A stretch of DNA of 48,803 nt. Origin: a virus (Duplodnaviria; Heunggongvirae; Uroviricota; Caudoviricetes). Location of the stretch: the IMG/VR virus record IMGVR_UViG_3300010370_000025. One strand, given 5' to 3'. Positions 9,063 to 18,425 of the stretch are shown in pieces; position 1 is the first letter of the stretch, and every line of letters begins with the position of its first letter. The translations under genes were made by a program, and so were the position numbers. The notes beneath the pieces were generated by a model. That model worked only from the letters and a program-made list of their open reading frames with translations, was not told the DNA's origin and did not search any database.

Positions 9063-10587
9063 TGTAGTAATTTTTACGGAATGCAACGGTAGTATAGGTT
9101 GGGGCAGAGATGCAGGAGCTTATACTGTTGCATCTAGACTTAGAGAAGTTGGATATAATGTTAAGGTGATTGATTTTTTCAGTCACTTTAATTTTAGTAT
9201 GTTTAAAGCCGCTATTGATAATTTTGTAACTAAAGATACTTTATTTTTAGGGTTTAGTTCAACTCATTTTAGCACTCTAAAGCCAGATGAGTGGGAACAA
9301 CATTGGCAGTCTGATAGTAGAACACGTAAAAATAATATGTGGAATGTTTATTTTCCATTTACTCCAGAAGAATTAAACGAATGGTTTAGTTATGCTAAAC
9401 AAAAATATAATAATCTTAAAATAATTGTCGGTGGACAGAAGGTAGCACAAAAACAATCACTACAGAAGAAGTATCCTTTTGTAGATATATGGGTAGGCGG
9501 AATGGCTGATAAAGCTGTAGTAAGTATTGCTAACTCATTAAAAAATAAAGAGATTTTACCTAATAGAATTAAATCAGAACTAGATTATGGAAATATAGAA
9601 GAGAATGTTTTTAACACTAGCAAAATACATTGGGCAGTCGACGACAATATTTTTGCAGGAGAAGCCCTGCCGCTTGAAATTTCAAGAGGATGCCCGTTCG
9701 AATGCGCGTTCTGTGATTACACTAAAAAGAAAACTAATACTTGGACTGTTAAAGCTGACAACTTAAGACAGCAGTTACTTTATAACTACTATATGTTTGA
9801 TGTTACTCATTATATGCTTACCGATTTTCAAATTAATGAAAATATGGATAAGTTAAAGATGATTCATAAAGTGTTTACAAATTTACCTTTTAAGATTACG
9901 TGGTCTGGATTTGGAAGATTAGACCTTATTAAAGCAAAACCTGAGATGGTAGATCTCATTTATGAAAGTGGATGTAGATCTATACAATGGGGTATTGAAA
10001 CTGTTAATGATAGTGTGGGTCCTCTTATTGGTAAAGTAACTAAAAGAGATATTATTGAAAAATCATTAGACTTATGTAAGTCTAAATGGAAAGATGATGT
10101 AGTAATGGGTAGCGGATTCATACTTGGATTACCAGGCGAATCATTACAGTCATGTAAAGAACTTGTTAATTGGACAGAAACACAGCCATGGCTTAATGCA
10201 TGGGAGATAACTCCTTTATATATTGGTACTTACAATAAGGAAAAAGAATATACTATTGACTATAGTAAGATTCAAAAGAATCCAGAGAAGTATGGATATA
10301 AGATTTCTATGGAACTAAATAATAATGGAGTGTATATTGAAGATTGGTCTAACAATGATATGACTAAATCTGCTTTAATTGAGATGATAGAAGAAACACA
10401 AAAAAGTGATGCTTGGCAAAGGCGTATTATGACTTCATATCTCGGGTATAGCCGTTGTAGTAATTTAGGATTCAATCATAGAGAGTTATTGTCTGCTAAT
10501 AAAAATAACAAGACATGGATTAAACAACATGCAGACAACTATAAAAGTTTAGCCAACATTTATTTACAAAAGAATGGTTTAGTATGA
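9055..10587 (+). CDS. B12-binding-domain radical SAM protein
   Basis: N-terminal Rossmann-like GAYTVASRLREVGYNVKVIDF and IIVGG. EISRGCPFECAFC, GIET, FILGLPGES. Confidence 0.85.
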   Translation: MADVVIFTECNGSIGWGRDAGAYTVASRLREVGYNVKVIDFFSHFNFSMFKAAIDNFVTKDTLFLGFSSTHFSTLKPDEWEQHWQSDSRTRKNNMWNVYFPFTPEELNEWFSYAKQKYNNLKIIVGGQKVAQKQSLQKKYPFVDIWVGGMADKAVVSIANSLKNKEILPNRIKSELDYGNIEENVFNTSKIHWAVDDNIFAGEALPLEISRGCPFECAFCDYTKKKTNTWTVKADNLRQQLLYNYYMFDVTHYMLTDFQINENMDKLKMIHKVFTNLPFKITWSGFGRLDLIKAKPEMVDLIYESGCRSIQWGIETVNDSVGPLIGKVTKRDIIEKSLDLCKSKWKDDVVMGSGFILGLPGESLQSCKELVNWTETQPWLNAWEITPLYIGTYNKEKEYTIDYSKIQKNPEKYGYKISMELNNNGVYIEDWSNNDMTKSALIEMIEETQKSDAWQRRIMTSYLGYSRCSNLGFNHRELLSANKNNKTWIKQHADNYKSLANIYLQKNGLV

Positions 10588-12362
10588 GCCGAATAATTAT
10601 TTTAAGTGATATCTATGATGTGCGTGGTACAGGAGGTACAAAATTTCGCTCTCACTTTCTAGAAGAGGAAGAGAGAGAAGATATGATTAACCATGCAAAA
10701 TTAGATAAACTGTTAGATGTAGTATATAACCCTAAATCAAACAGTAATTACGCTACAGGTAAATACGTAGGCTCAAGTAAATATAATTTTTGGACTCGTT
10801 ATATGGGCCCCTATACTATTGCATCAAATATTCGTGAAAAATGTCCTGATTGGGATGTAGTAGTATTAGATTATTTTACTAAATTAGATAATTTTTTTGA
10901 AGTATTTGAGCAGCTAGTTACACCAGATACTAAGTATGTTGCTCTAAGTATCACATTCTTAAATAATCCATTTAATCCTAAACAAAAAGATTTTAATTTA
11001 TGGCATTTTAGCCATCAAGAATGTTTAGATTGGTTTGCTAAAATAAAAAATATAGCTCCTAACGCAGAGATTATTATTGGTGGAGCATTAGTAGATACTT
11101 TTTATAAACAACATATCACTCAAAAGAAAAAATTTGATCTTCCAGAAGCTATGCGTAGGTATGTAAGCTACGCGTTTCATGGTTATGGTGAAAAAACTAT
11201 TGTTAATTTTTTAAATAATACTTTAGATGAAAAACAAGTATTTGAAAAACAAGGTGTAAAGTTTATTAATGAGCCTGCCTTAGCAGGTAAAGGCGCTTTA
11301 ATTAATAGTACTAGATGGACAAGAAACGATGCTATTCAGCCAGGTGAATGGCTTCCGCTAGAAATTTCTAAAGGTTGTCGTTTTGGTTGTAAGTTTTGTT
11401 TCTATGATCATAGCGGCACAGTTATTAAAGATCCAAAAATTCTTAGAGAAGAACTTATCTATAATTATGAAAATTTTGGTACTACAGGCTACCAGCTAAC
11501 TGATGACACTGTGAATGATAGTCCTGCAAAAATTAATATGATGCATGATGTTATTAAGAGTCTACCATTTAATATAGAATGGATAGCTTATACTCGCCCT
11601 GATATGTTTTACAAGTATCCGTGGATGCTAGAAAAAATGCTTGACATGGGCTGTAGAGGTATGTTCTTGGGTGTGGAGACATTTAATCATACAGCAGCTA
11701 AAATTGCCGGTAAAGGATTACACCCAGATAAAATTAAAGATATTATTAGATGGTTAAGAGAAACATGTAAAGATGATGTTTTTATTTTAGCTAGCTTCAT
11801 TATTGGGCTTGTAGGTGAAACAGAAGAATCATTAATGGATACTGCACGTTGGCTTAAAGAACAAAAATATCTCGACAAAGCACAATATGAAATACTTTTT
11901 GTAAGTGATGAAGGGGGTCGCACATCTAATGAGTTTTCAGAAAACTCTAGCAAGTTTGGAATTAGAGAAGTAAGATGGAACCCTGATTATTATTGGAGAC
12001 ATGATACATTAGATCTACCTCAATGTAAGGAGATTGCATTGAAGTGGGAAGATATGATGTCAGAACATTCAATAACTCAGTTTGAAAGACATAGCGACTA
12101 TAATGTTAGTTTTTGGGCTTATCCAAGATTAAGAAGTTTTGGACTGTCACATAAAAATGCTAAAAATGTTCTTAAGTCGCAGGTTGTTCCGGGCGAGGTT
12201 TATAGAAGAAATATCGAGTGGGTCGCTAAATACCATTCAGATATAGTTAACAATAACGGGCTGTCTATATGTCCGCAGAGTAATAAAGAGTGGGCATTTC
12301 CGCCTGATAAGAGTATGCGAAACTCATGGTCTAAAATTAAGTTTGATCAAATAAATGTCTAA
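10584..12362 (+). CDS. B12-binding-domain radical SAM protein
   Basis: GPYTIAS, IIIGG, EISKGCRFGCKFC, GVET, FIIGLVGET. Confidence 0.85.
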   Translation: MSRIIILSDIYDVRGTGGTKFRSHFLEEEEREDMINHAKLDKLLDVVYNPKSNSNYATGKYVGSSKYNFWTRYMGPYTIASNIREKCPDWDVVVLDYFTKLDNFFEVFEQLVTPDTKYVALSITFLNNPFNPKQKDFNLWHFSHQECLDWFAKIKNIAPNAEIIIGGALVDTFYKQHITQKKKFDLPEAMRRYVSYAFHGYGEKTIVNFLNNTLDEKQVFEKQGVKFINEPALAGKGALINSTRWTRNDAIQPGEWLPLEISKGCRFGCKFCFYDHSGTVIKDPKILREELIYNYENFGTTGYQLTDDTVNDSPAKINMMHDVIKSLPFNIEWIAYTRPDMFYKYPWMLEKMLDMGCRGMFLGVETFNHTAAKIAGKGLHPDKIKDIIRWLRETCKDDVFILASFIIGLVGETEESLMDTARWLKEQKYLDKAQYEILFVSDEGGRTSNEFSENSSKFGIREVRWNPDYYWRHDTLDLPQCKEIALKWEDMMSEHSITQFERHSDYNVSFWAYPRLRSFGLSHKNAKNVLKSQVVPGEVYRRNIEWVAKYHSDIVNNNGLSICPQSNKEWAFPPDKSMRNSWSKIKFDQINV

Positions 12363-13422
12363 GCAAATACTAAGCTATACCAATCATTATAAATTTAATA
12401 CCCCTGTAGAATTTAAAAAAGGGTATGGTGATATAATAGTAGATAGTGAAGGTAAATCTTATTTCGATGCAACTAGTGGATTATGGAATGTAAATTATGG
12501 TTATTGCAACAAAGAAATTCAAGATGCAGTCGTCGAACAAATGGAGAAGTTACACTTCTACCCTAACCATTTTTGGTCCTATGCTGACGTTACCGAAAAA
12601 GCAGCTGATGAAATAACCAAGCTGTTTGGCTATAGTAAAGTTTATTTTGGTAATAGCGGTTCAGATGCTATAGATACAGCTAGTTATATTGCAAGGTTTT
12701 GTTTTAATGGTAGAAAAACTAATTTAGTTACTTTAACTAATAGCTATCACGGTGCTACAAAGCTTAATTTCGTTAATAATAAATTAAATCTTGGTGATAT
12801 AGATCATAATACAGCTCTTTTAGTTATAGAGCCTCTTAAAGTTAATTCAGGTGTGCATGAAACTAGCTGGGAGACTATTAATTATGCATTTGAATTAAAA
12901 CGTAAGTATGGATTTTTAATTGCTTATGATGAGACAGTTACTGCATTAGGACGAGGAGGTGATCTTGCTTATGCTTTAAGAAACTTTAAACCAGATATTC
13001 TTATTGCTAGCAAAGGTCTTACTAATGGTATGTTTCCGTTATCAGCTACAATGGTTAGTGAAGAAGTAGCAGATCAAATCTATAAAACTAATGAGGTGTT
13101 TAATTATGGCTATACAACTTCAGGACATCCGCTGGCATGCGCTGCACTTTTAAAGGTTTTAGAGTTATATAAAAAATACCCTGTTAGCAAGACTGCTAAA
13201 GGGTTTGACAAATACTTAAAAGTTAATACTAGACAATACGGACTAGCTATTGGTATTGATGTTAAGGATGGTCCAGAAGCTCGTAAAGAAGCAAAAAAGC
13301 TTAACTATCTAGTACGTAACTATATTAATACAATTATTGTATGCCCTATGTTTACTAGTACAGCTTCTAACTATGCTTCTCTTTTTGAATATTTAAATAG
13401 TGTCTCAGTATCTCACTACTAA
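12355..13422 (+). CDS. class III PLP-dependent aminotransferase
   Basis: YFDATSGLWNVNYG, DETVTALGR, PLP lysine in SKGL, GYTTSGHPLACAA. Confidence 0.85.
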   Translation: MSKQILSYTNHYKFNTPVEFKKGYGDIIVDSEGKSYFDATSGLWNVNYGYCNKEIQDAVVEQMEKLHFYPNHFWSYADVTEKAADEITKLFGYSKVYFGNSGSDAIDTASYIARFCFNGRKTNLVTLTNSYHGATKLNFVNNKLNLGDIDHNTALLVIEPLKVNSGVHETSWETINYAFELKRKYGFLIAYDETVTALGRGGDLAYALRNFKPDILIASKGLTNGMFPLSATMVSEEVADQIYKTNEVFNYGYTTSGHPLACAALLKVLELYKKYPVSKTAKGFDKYLKVNTRQYGLAIGIDVKDGPEARKEAKKLNYLVRNYINTIIVCPMFTSTASNYASLFEYLNSVSVSHY

Positions 13423-13915
13423 CTTTAAAATTATATTTACTTGGAAGATCATATATAAGCCAATCTAAACCAGTAACAACTTCTCTACAATTAGGTGAAC
13501 CGCACCCACATTTATTTAATATCACATAATTATGATTAATGAAAGATGAGTAGTCTACTGTTAGATGCTCATCTTTTTTTATGTCCTTTATTGCTCTAAT
13601 TGTATTATCTTCTAAATAACAATTAGGCTCACAACTATGATTATGTGAACCGTTTAAATCAGGAGATAGCCCCCCTTGAAAAAAATATAGCTTGTCTATT
13701 AAATGGAAATAATCTTCTTTAAACTCTTGACGTTCATCATGAGATAACCAAATTCCTCCTATACGATAAACAGCTTCATCTTGATGTATATCCTCTAAAG
13801 CAAATCTTCCATGACCTATATTTTTATCAACTATTCTTAGTTCAGTTTTTGTACTAGCAATACCTAATGATATTTTATTATTGTTAATAAACTTTATTAA
13901 ATCAATTTTGTTCAT
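13367..13915 (-). CDS. SET-domain lysine methyltransferase with post-SET
   Basis: GHGRFA, NHSCEPNC, EHLTVDY, post-SET CGCGSPNCR. Confidence 0.85.
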   Translation of the reverse strand: MNKIDLIKFINNNKISLGIASTKTELRIVDKNIGHGRFALEDIHQDEAVYRIGGIWLSHDERQEFKEDYFHLIDKLYFFQGGLSPDLNGSHNHSCEPNCYLEDNTIRAIKDIKKDEHLTVDYSSFINHNYVILNKCGCGSPNCREVVTGLDWLIYDLPSKYNFKVSSEILRHYLNIQKEKHS

Positions 13916-14807
13916 AATTTAATTCTCTAAGAAGAGGAACATCAAACTTTTTAATATAATCTGTAAATTCTGTCATCTTTACTCTATTAGAATATGAAGC
14001 AATTTTATCTCTATATTCTTTATCAAGATCGGAATATAATTCAAATCCTGTTAATTTAGGTCTAGGCTCTAAATCAAACTCTTCCATAGCTAATTGACAT
14101 TTAACTTTATTAATATTAAGATATCTTTGTTTTTTAGCAGTCTCTACCCATCTATAAACCGACTCACGCTGTAAAAACGAAAGCATTAACTCTGGTGTAT
14201 ATTGAAAAAATGAAGGAATAATTTCTTTTTCTTTATTTTGAAAATATAATGCAAGTCTAGTTTCTTTTTCTTGTTCTATATCATATACTTGCAAACTATA
14301 TTTTGTTTCACCTTCATATTTTCTAGAAAGAAAATTCTCCCCCATTCCTAACACAGGTATACTATTAATTTTTTCTATACAATAAGCAAGAAGATTAAGT
14401 TGAGGGCTATTACATTTAGTCCTATATGCCATCTCTACAACTGAATTTTTAAAAAACATCTCTACGTTTATATCAAATATATCAGGAGATATTCCATACT
14501 TTGCGCATAGCCTTAATGCATAGTTAATATCGTGCATGTTAAGATTGCGCTCATATCTTATTATAGTAACTCTAGGAGTAATGCCAGCAGCTATAAAACT
14601 AAGCAACATTATTTCAGAATCAATTCCTCCACTTAAAAGCAGATCTAATTTGTTTCCGTGCTTATCGTAAAGCTCTTTAGCTACATTTATACATTCTTGT
14701 CTAAATGTTTTATGTGATTTAACCTTACCAAATTCAACCTTAAACTCATCTTCGTGATAAATTTTAAGATGATTATTTTTTGTATATTCAAAAATGTTTT
14801 TTTGCAT
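13902..14807 (-). CDS. PP-loop (asparagine-synthase-like) ATP pyrophosphatase
   Basis: LLLSGGIDSE PP-loop. Confidence 0.6.
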   Translation of the reverse strand: MQKNIFEYTKNNHLKIYHEDEFKVEFGKVKSHKTFRQECINVAKELYDKHGNKLDLLLSGGIDSEIMLLSFIAAGITPRVTIIRYERNLNMHDINYALRLCAKYGISPDIFDINVEMFFKNSVVEMAYRTKCNSPQLNLLAYCIEKINSIPVLGMGENFLSRKYEGETKYSLQVYDIEQEKETRLALYFQNKEKEIIPSFFQYTPELMLSFLQRESVYRWVETAKKQRYLNINKVKCQLAMEEFDLEPRPKLTGFELYSDLDKEYRDKIASYSNRVKMTEFTDYIKKFDVPLLRELNYEQN

Positions 14808-16188
14808 ATTCTAAAGCCAGTCCATTTGCTTGTTGACGAGCAGATGTATAATTAACATCGCTTAGGTTCATTTTCATAACTTCACTCATTGGTTTTTGAT
14901 ATGTAGCACTTAGTTCACCTAATAACCAGCCTCCTACACAACAATGAGGATCACACCATTCATTAGCTTGTAAAGCAGCTATCCTTATATGTTCGTGCCA
15001 CAGATTTTTATATTCCCAATTAATCATATTATTAGGTCTAAATTTAATATTATATGTATTATAGTTTCTATCAAACTCGCTCTGATATAGTTTCCCTGAA
15101 ACAGGATTAACATAAAGAGCCCACCATTTCCATCTATACATTTTATTATCTATGAGCCACTGCATATCTTTTTCAAGCTCACTATACGTCCATCCAGGTA
15201 TACCTAATATTAAACCTAAATGCCAATTAATTTTATTATCCCATCTCTCTCTGAGTTTAGGGAGAAAATCTTTTGCATGTGTACCTGACCAACTTTTACC
15301 TACTAGTTTAGCACTGTATGGATTAAATGTTTCTATACCAAAAAACGCGGATCTTAATCCACTTTCTTCTAACATATCTATAGTATGTGGTTTAGCCCAT
15401 AAAAGATCAGCTCTTAAAAATCCTAACCACTCAAGCTCAAACGGAACAGAGTTACGAAGTTTTACTAAATCTTTAAGTTTTTCCTCATCATCATTAATAG
15501 TATCATCTGTATAATAATATTTTGTAACACCCCATCGCTCATAGTTATACATAACTTCATCACGAAGATTTTCAAACGTTCTTGTATATGTACCTTTTTT
15601 CTTACCTATGTAAGGATAACTACAAAATTTACATTTAAATACACAACCTCTTCCAAGCTCTAATGTAAGAACTTCATGAGGATTAATATAATCGTTTTCT
15701 GTATACGTGCGTACAAAATTTTTAATATCGAACGAAGGTCTAACTATCTTAGCTCCAGACTTCTCATCAAAATATTTTAAAATATTATTTTCTGCATAAT
15801 CTGGCATTCTTAGCCATTTTAGATTACTATAAACTGAATTAGCATTTGCTCCTCCTAAAATCCATTCTATATTAGGATACTTGCTTTCTACCTTCTTTCT
15901 TGCTATACTCACCCATTCAGGAACTGGAATCACTACTTTCTTTACACCGTCTTGTATTTCTGTATCTAAATTCCAGAAAGTAGCACTACACCCAATTGCA
16001 TAAGTATCTCTAGTAATATACCTTTCGGTTAATTCCGCTATAATATCTGGTGATAAGTTATAACCGAAATCAATGACCTGTACAGTATATCCGTACTGTC
16101 GTAACCAGCTAGCAACCTGGTATGGTCCACCTGTTCTTAGTATAGAATGCACAATATCTGTGCCAGACCATATGATAAAATTAGCCAT
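14788..16188 (-). CDS. B12-binding-domain radical SAM protein
   Basis: GPYQVASWLRQYGYTVQVIDF, WILGG, ELGRGCVFKCKFC, GIET. Confidence 0.85.
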   Translation of the reverse strand: MANFIIWSGTDIVHSILRTGGPYQVASWLRQYGYTVQVIDFGYNLSPDIIAELTERYITRDTYAIGCSATFWNLDTEIQDGVKKVVIPVPEWVSIARKKVESKYPNIEWILGGANANSVYSNLKWLRMPDYAENNILKYFDEKSGAKIVRPSFDIKNFVRTYTENDYINPHEVLTLELGRGCVFKCKFCSYPYIGKKKGTYTRTFENLRDEVMYNYERWGVTKYYYTDDTINDDEEKLKDLVKLRNSVPFELEWLGFLRADLLWAKPHTIDMLEESGLRSAFFGIETFNPYSAKLVGKSWSGTHAKDFLPKLRERWDNKINWHLGLILGIPGWTYSELEKDMQWLIDNKMYRWKWWALYVNPVSGKLYQSEFDRNYNTYNIKFRPNNMINWEYKNLWHEHIRIAALQANEWCDPHCCVGGWLLGELSATYQKPMSEVMKMNLSDVNYTSARQQANGLALEYAKKHF

Positions 16189-16236
16189 ATCAGAAAAAAC
16201 TCAATGATTTCAAATAGTTATAAATTACAAAAAACA

Positions 16237-16265
16237 GTTGCTTTTTTAACGAAAACATACTATAA
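16237..16265 (+). promoter_or_regulatory. early sigma70-type promoter
   Basis: GTTGCT-N17-CTATAA preceded by AAAACA. Matches the repeated motif in this window. Confidence 0.65.
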
Positions 16266-16268
16266 ATA
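16261..16268 (+). promoter_or_regulatory. T4-type late promoter
   Basis: TATAAATA 4 nt before the ATG at 16273. Confidence 0.5.
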
Positions 16269-16272
16269 GAGT

Positions 16273-16416
16273 ATGATGAAGAAGAAACCTAAACAACGCA
16301 ACTTTGTTGCAATGTCACTCGCTGATAGAAAGTATCATCAGCGTACTGTTAAATCTCGTAAGGGTAAAGGCTCTTACGACCGCAAACGCATGGAGAAACG
16401 ATGCGAAAACTTCTAG
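16273..16416 (+). CDS. arfA: alternative ribosome-rescue factor A (47 aa, absent from ORF track)
   Basis: MMKKKPKQRNFVAMSLADRKYHQRTVKSRKGKGSYDRKRMEKRCENF. Aligns by eye with the E. coli ArfA core ...LFRQRVEKNKKGKGSYMRK. Confidence 0.8.
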   Translation: MMKKKPKQRNFVAMSLADRKYHQRTVKSRKGKGSYDRKRMEKRCENF

Positions 16417-16709
16417 CAGTAATCGCCGCTGCGTCTATTATTTATAGTACCTCGGCACAAGCAGACCAACGCCATATTAATGGATATGGCCATGGAAACT
16501 CTCACCACCATCATCACTATAATAATAACAATAACTGGGTATTCCCTCTTATTGGCGGTCTTATTATAGGCGGGGCTATTGCAAATGGCAACGGTTATTA
16601 TCAAGAGCGCCCCTATTACACCCGTCCTGTTCGCTGCTATCGCGAATTTACAGGTGAATACTGGAATGGTTGGGAATGGGTACAGACCTATCGCAAGGTT
16701 TGCTACTAA
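16401..16709 (+). CDS. secreted His/Asn-rich glycine-zipper protein
   Basis: Signal peptide ending AQA, HHHHHY-NNNNN tract, IGGLIIGGAIA, terminal Cys pair. Confidence 0.65.
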   Translation: MRKLLAVIAAASIIYSTSAQADQRHINGYGHGNSHHHHHYNNNNNWVFPLIGGLIIGGAIANGNGYYQERPYYTRPVRCYREFTGEYWNGWEWVQTYRKVCY

Positions 16710-16717
16710 AAAAAGTA

Positions 16718-16745
16718 GTTGCTTTAATTATAAAAGCAGCTATTA
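16718..16745 (+). promoter_or_regulatory. early promoter
   Basis: GTTGCT-N16-CTATTA upstream of DUF932. Confidence 0.55.
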
Positions 16746-16782
16746 TAATAGAGTAATGTGCAATTGAAATGGAGAAAGTGAA

Positions 16783-17721
16783 ATGGCACACGAAGTTGAG
16801 ACGATGGCTTACGCTGGAGAGACTCCCTGGCATGGCCTTGGTACTAAGGTTATCAATGATCTGACGCCTGCTCAGATGCTTGATAAGGCAGGACTTAACT
16901 GGACTGTCGAAAAGATTCCTACGTTCTGTGAAATCGATGGCAAGAAGATTCCTACTCAGGATTCTGCTCTTGTACGTTCTTCTGATAAGAAGATTCTGTC
17001 GGTTGTTTCAGGTGATTGGAACCCTGTGCAGAACGAAACTGCTTTTGAGTTCTTTAACGATTTTGTGATGGCAGGTGACATGGAAATGCATACTGCTGGA
17101 TCTCTTCGTGAAGGCAAGAATGTATGGGCACTTGCTAAGGTCAAGGACTCTTTTGAGATTCTTGGCGGGGATAAGGTTGAGTCTTATCTTCTGTTTTCTA
17201 ACCCGCATGAGTACGGTAAGTGTATTGACATTCGCTTTACTCCTATTCGAGTTGTATGTAACAATACTTTGACTCTTTCGCTTGCTGGTAAGTCTGATCT
17301 TATGGTCCGTCTTAACCATCGCCGTCAGTTTGATGCTGAAATGGTTAAGCAGACTCTGGGAGTTGCTCATACTAAGATGGCAACTTATAAGGAAGTTGCT
17401 GAGCATCTTTCTACTAAGCGTTATACTTCTGACTCGCTTACTGAATATCTTCAGTCTGTGTTTCCTGCTATGGTTAAGGAAAAGAATGCTAAGGTCCTTT
17501 CTCGTCCTGCTAACCAGGCTCTTGAAGTCATGGAAACGCAGCCCGGGGCTGACTTTGGTCGTGGTTCTTGGTGGCAGGCTTTCAATGCAGTGACCTATAC
17601 TACAGATCATTTGCTTGGGCATTCCAACGATACCCGTTTGCAGTCTGCGTGGTTCGGTCAGAACCGTCAGCGTAAAGTGCAAGCACTTGAAAAGGCGATT
17701 GAGTTCGCTGACGCTGCTTAA
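16783..17721 (+). CDS. DUF932-family phage protein
   Basis: MAHEVETMAYAGETPWHGLG, NPVQN..AFEFF, TPIRVVCNNTL. Confidence 0.85.
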   Translation: MAHEVETMAYAGETPWHGLGTKVINDLTPAQMLDKAGLNWTVEKIPTFCEIDGKKIPTQDSALVRSSDKKILSVVSGDWNPVQNETAFEFFNDFVMAGDMEMHTAGSLREGKNVWALAKVKDSFEILGGDKVESYLLFSNPHEYGKCIDIRFTPIRVVCNNTLTLSLAGKSDLMVRLNHRRQFDAEMVKQTLGVAHTKMATYKEVAEHLSTKRYTSDSLTEYLQSVFPAMVKEKNAKVLSRPANQALEVMETQPGADFGRGSWWQAFNAVTYTTDHLLGHSNDTRLQSAWFGQNRQRKVQALEKAIEFADAA

Positions 17722-17738
17722 TAAAGCCAGAGCAGGCA

Positions 17739-17765
17739 GGGGAGCTGGGAACAGCTCCCCTTTTT
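17739..17765 (+). terminator. intrinsic terminator
   Basis: GGGGAGCTG-GGAA-CAGCTCCCC-TTTTT. Confidence 0.85.
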
Positions 17766-17790
17766 CGTAATAATATTCATTTGGTGTAAA

Positions 17791-18111
17791 ATGGAATATA
17801 AACCTGACTCATGGGTCATTATAAAGATTAAAAAAGATAATGATATTTTTTTTAAAGTGCTTGCAGGATGGGCAAGCTCCTACTTGTATGGATCAAGTTG
17901 GAAATTAAACAGTGGCATTAAAAATGTAGAGAGCGATAATAATGTTTATAGGTTCATAGGTGAATCAGGATCTGTATACGTATGCTCGAAACATTCATAC
18001 GGACTTAAGATGGCTACTGCAGGAGTGTGGGATCAACTTCAAAAGCGTTATCCAGACAATGTAGAGCTTATGGAAGATTGTGACTGGTCAAGAATGGTAT
18101 GGACTGAATGA
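17791..18111 (+). CDS. hypothetical phage protein
   Basis: 106-aa ORF, ATGA-coupled to the next gene. Confidence 0.65.
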   Translation: MEYKPDSWVIIKIKKDNDIFFKVLAGWASSYLYGSSWKLNSGIKNVESDNNVYRFIGESGSVYVCSKHSYGLKMATAGVWDQLQKRYPDNVELMEDCDWSRMVWTE

Positions 18112-18425
18112 CTAAGTATGTTGTAGTAACAGCTATCTCATCGTATCGTATGCGTTACGCTATTCCAGTTGATGAACTTCAGCGAATGAATCCAGACGTA
18201 TCTATCGAAGGCCGTGAGATTGAATGGGCCAATGATAGTGTAACCTGTGAAGAAGTGAAAGAGTTTTCACAAAAGCATATTGGCGAACAGATTGTAGATA
18301 CTAAAGTTATTTCAGAAGATGAGATGCTTGATCTGTTCGATAAAGATAATGACTACCTTAAAGATTGGTCTACAGAAAAGAAAATTGATTATGTAAAGAA
18401 ATGGAGACTCAACTATGAGTACTAA
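18108..18425 (+). CDS. hypothetical phage protein
   Basis: 105-aa acidic ORF, coupled on both sides. Confidence 0.65.
   Translation: MTKYVVVTAISSYRMRYAIPVDELQRMNPDVSIEGREIEWANDSVTCEEVKEFSQKHIGEQIVDTKVISEDEMLDLFDKDNDYLKDWSTEKKIDYVKKWRLNYEY

Noticed and set aside
1-16188. Classical RiPP (sactipeptide/ranthipeptide) cluster
   Set aside because: No short Cys- or aromatic-rich precursor, RRE/PqqD domain, peptidase or exporter is found in or beside the cluster. The genes leave almost no intergenic space.
17008-17682. 224-aa minus-strand ORF, plus other antisense ORFs such as 25266-25697, 35962-36342, 41666-42100 and 44465-44767
   Set aside because: They lie entirely opposite well-supported genes, lack an SD or motifs, and are expected shadows of biased codon usage.
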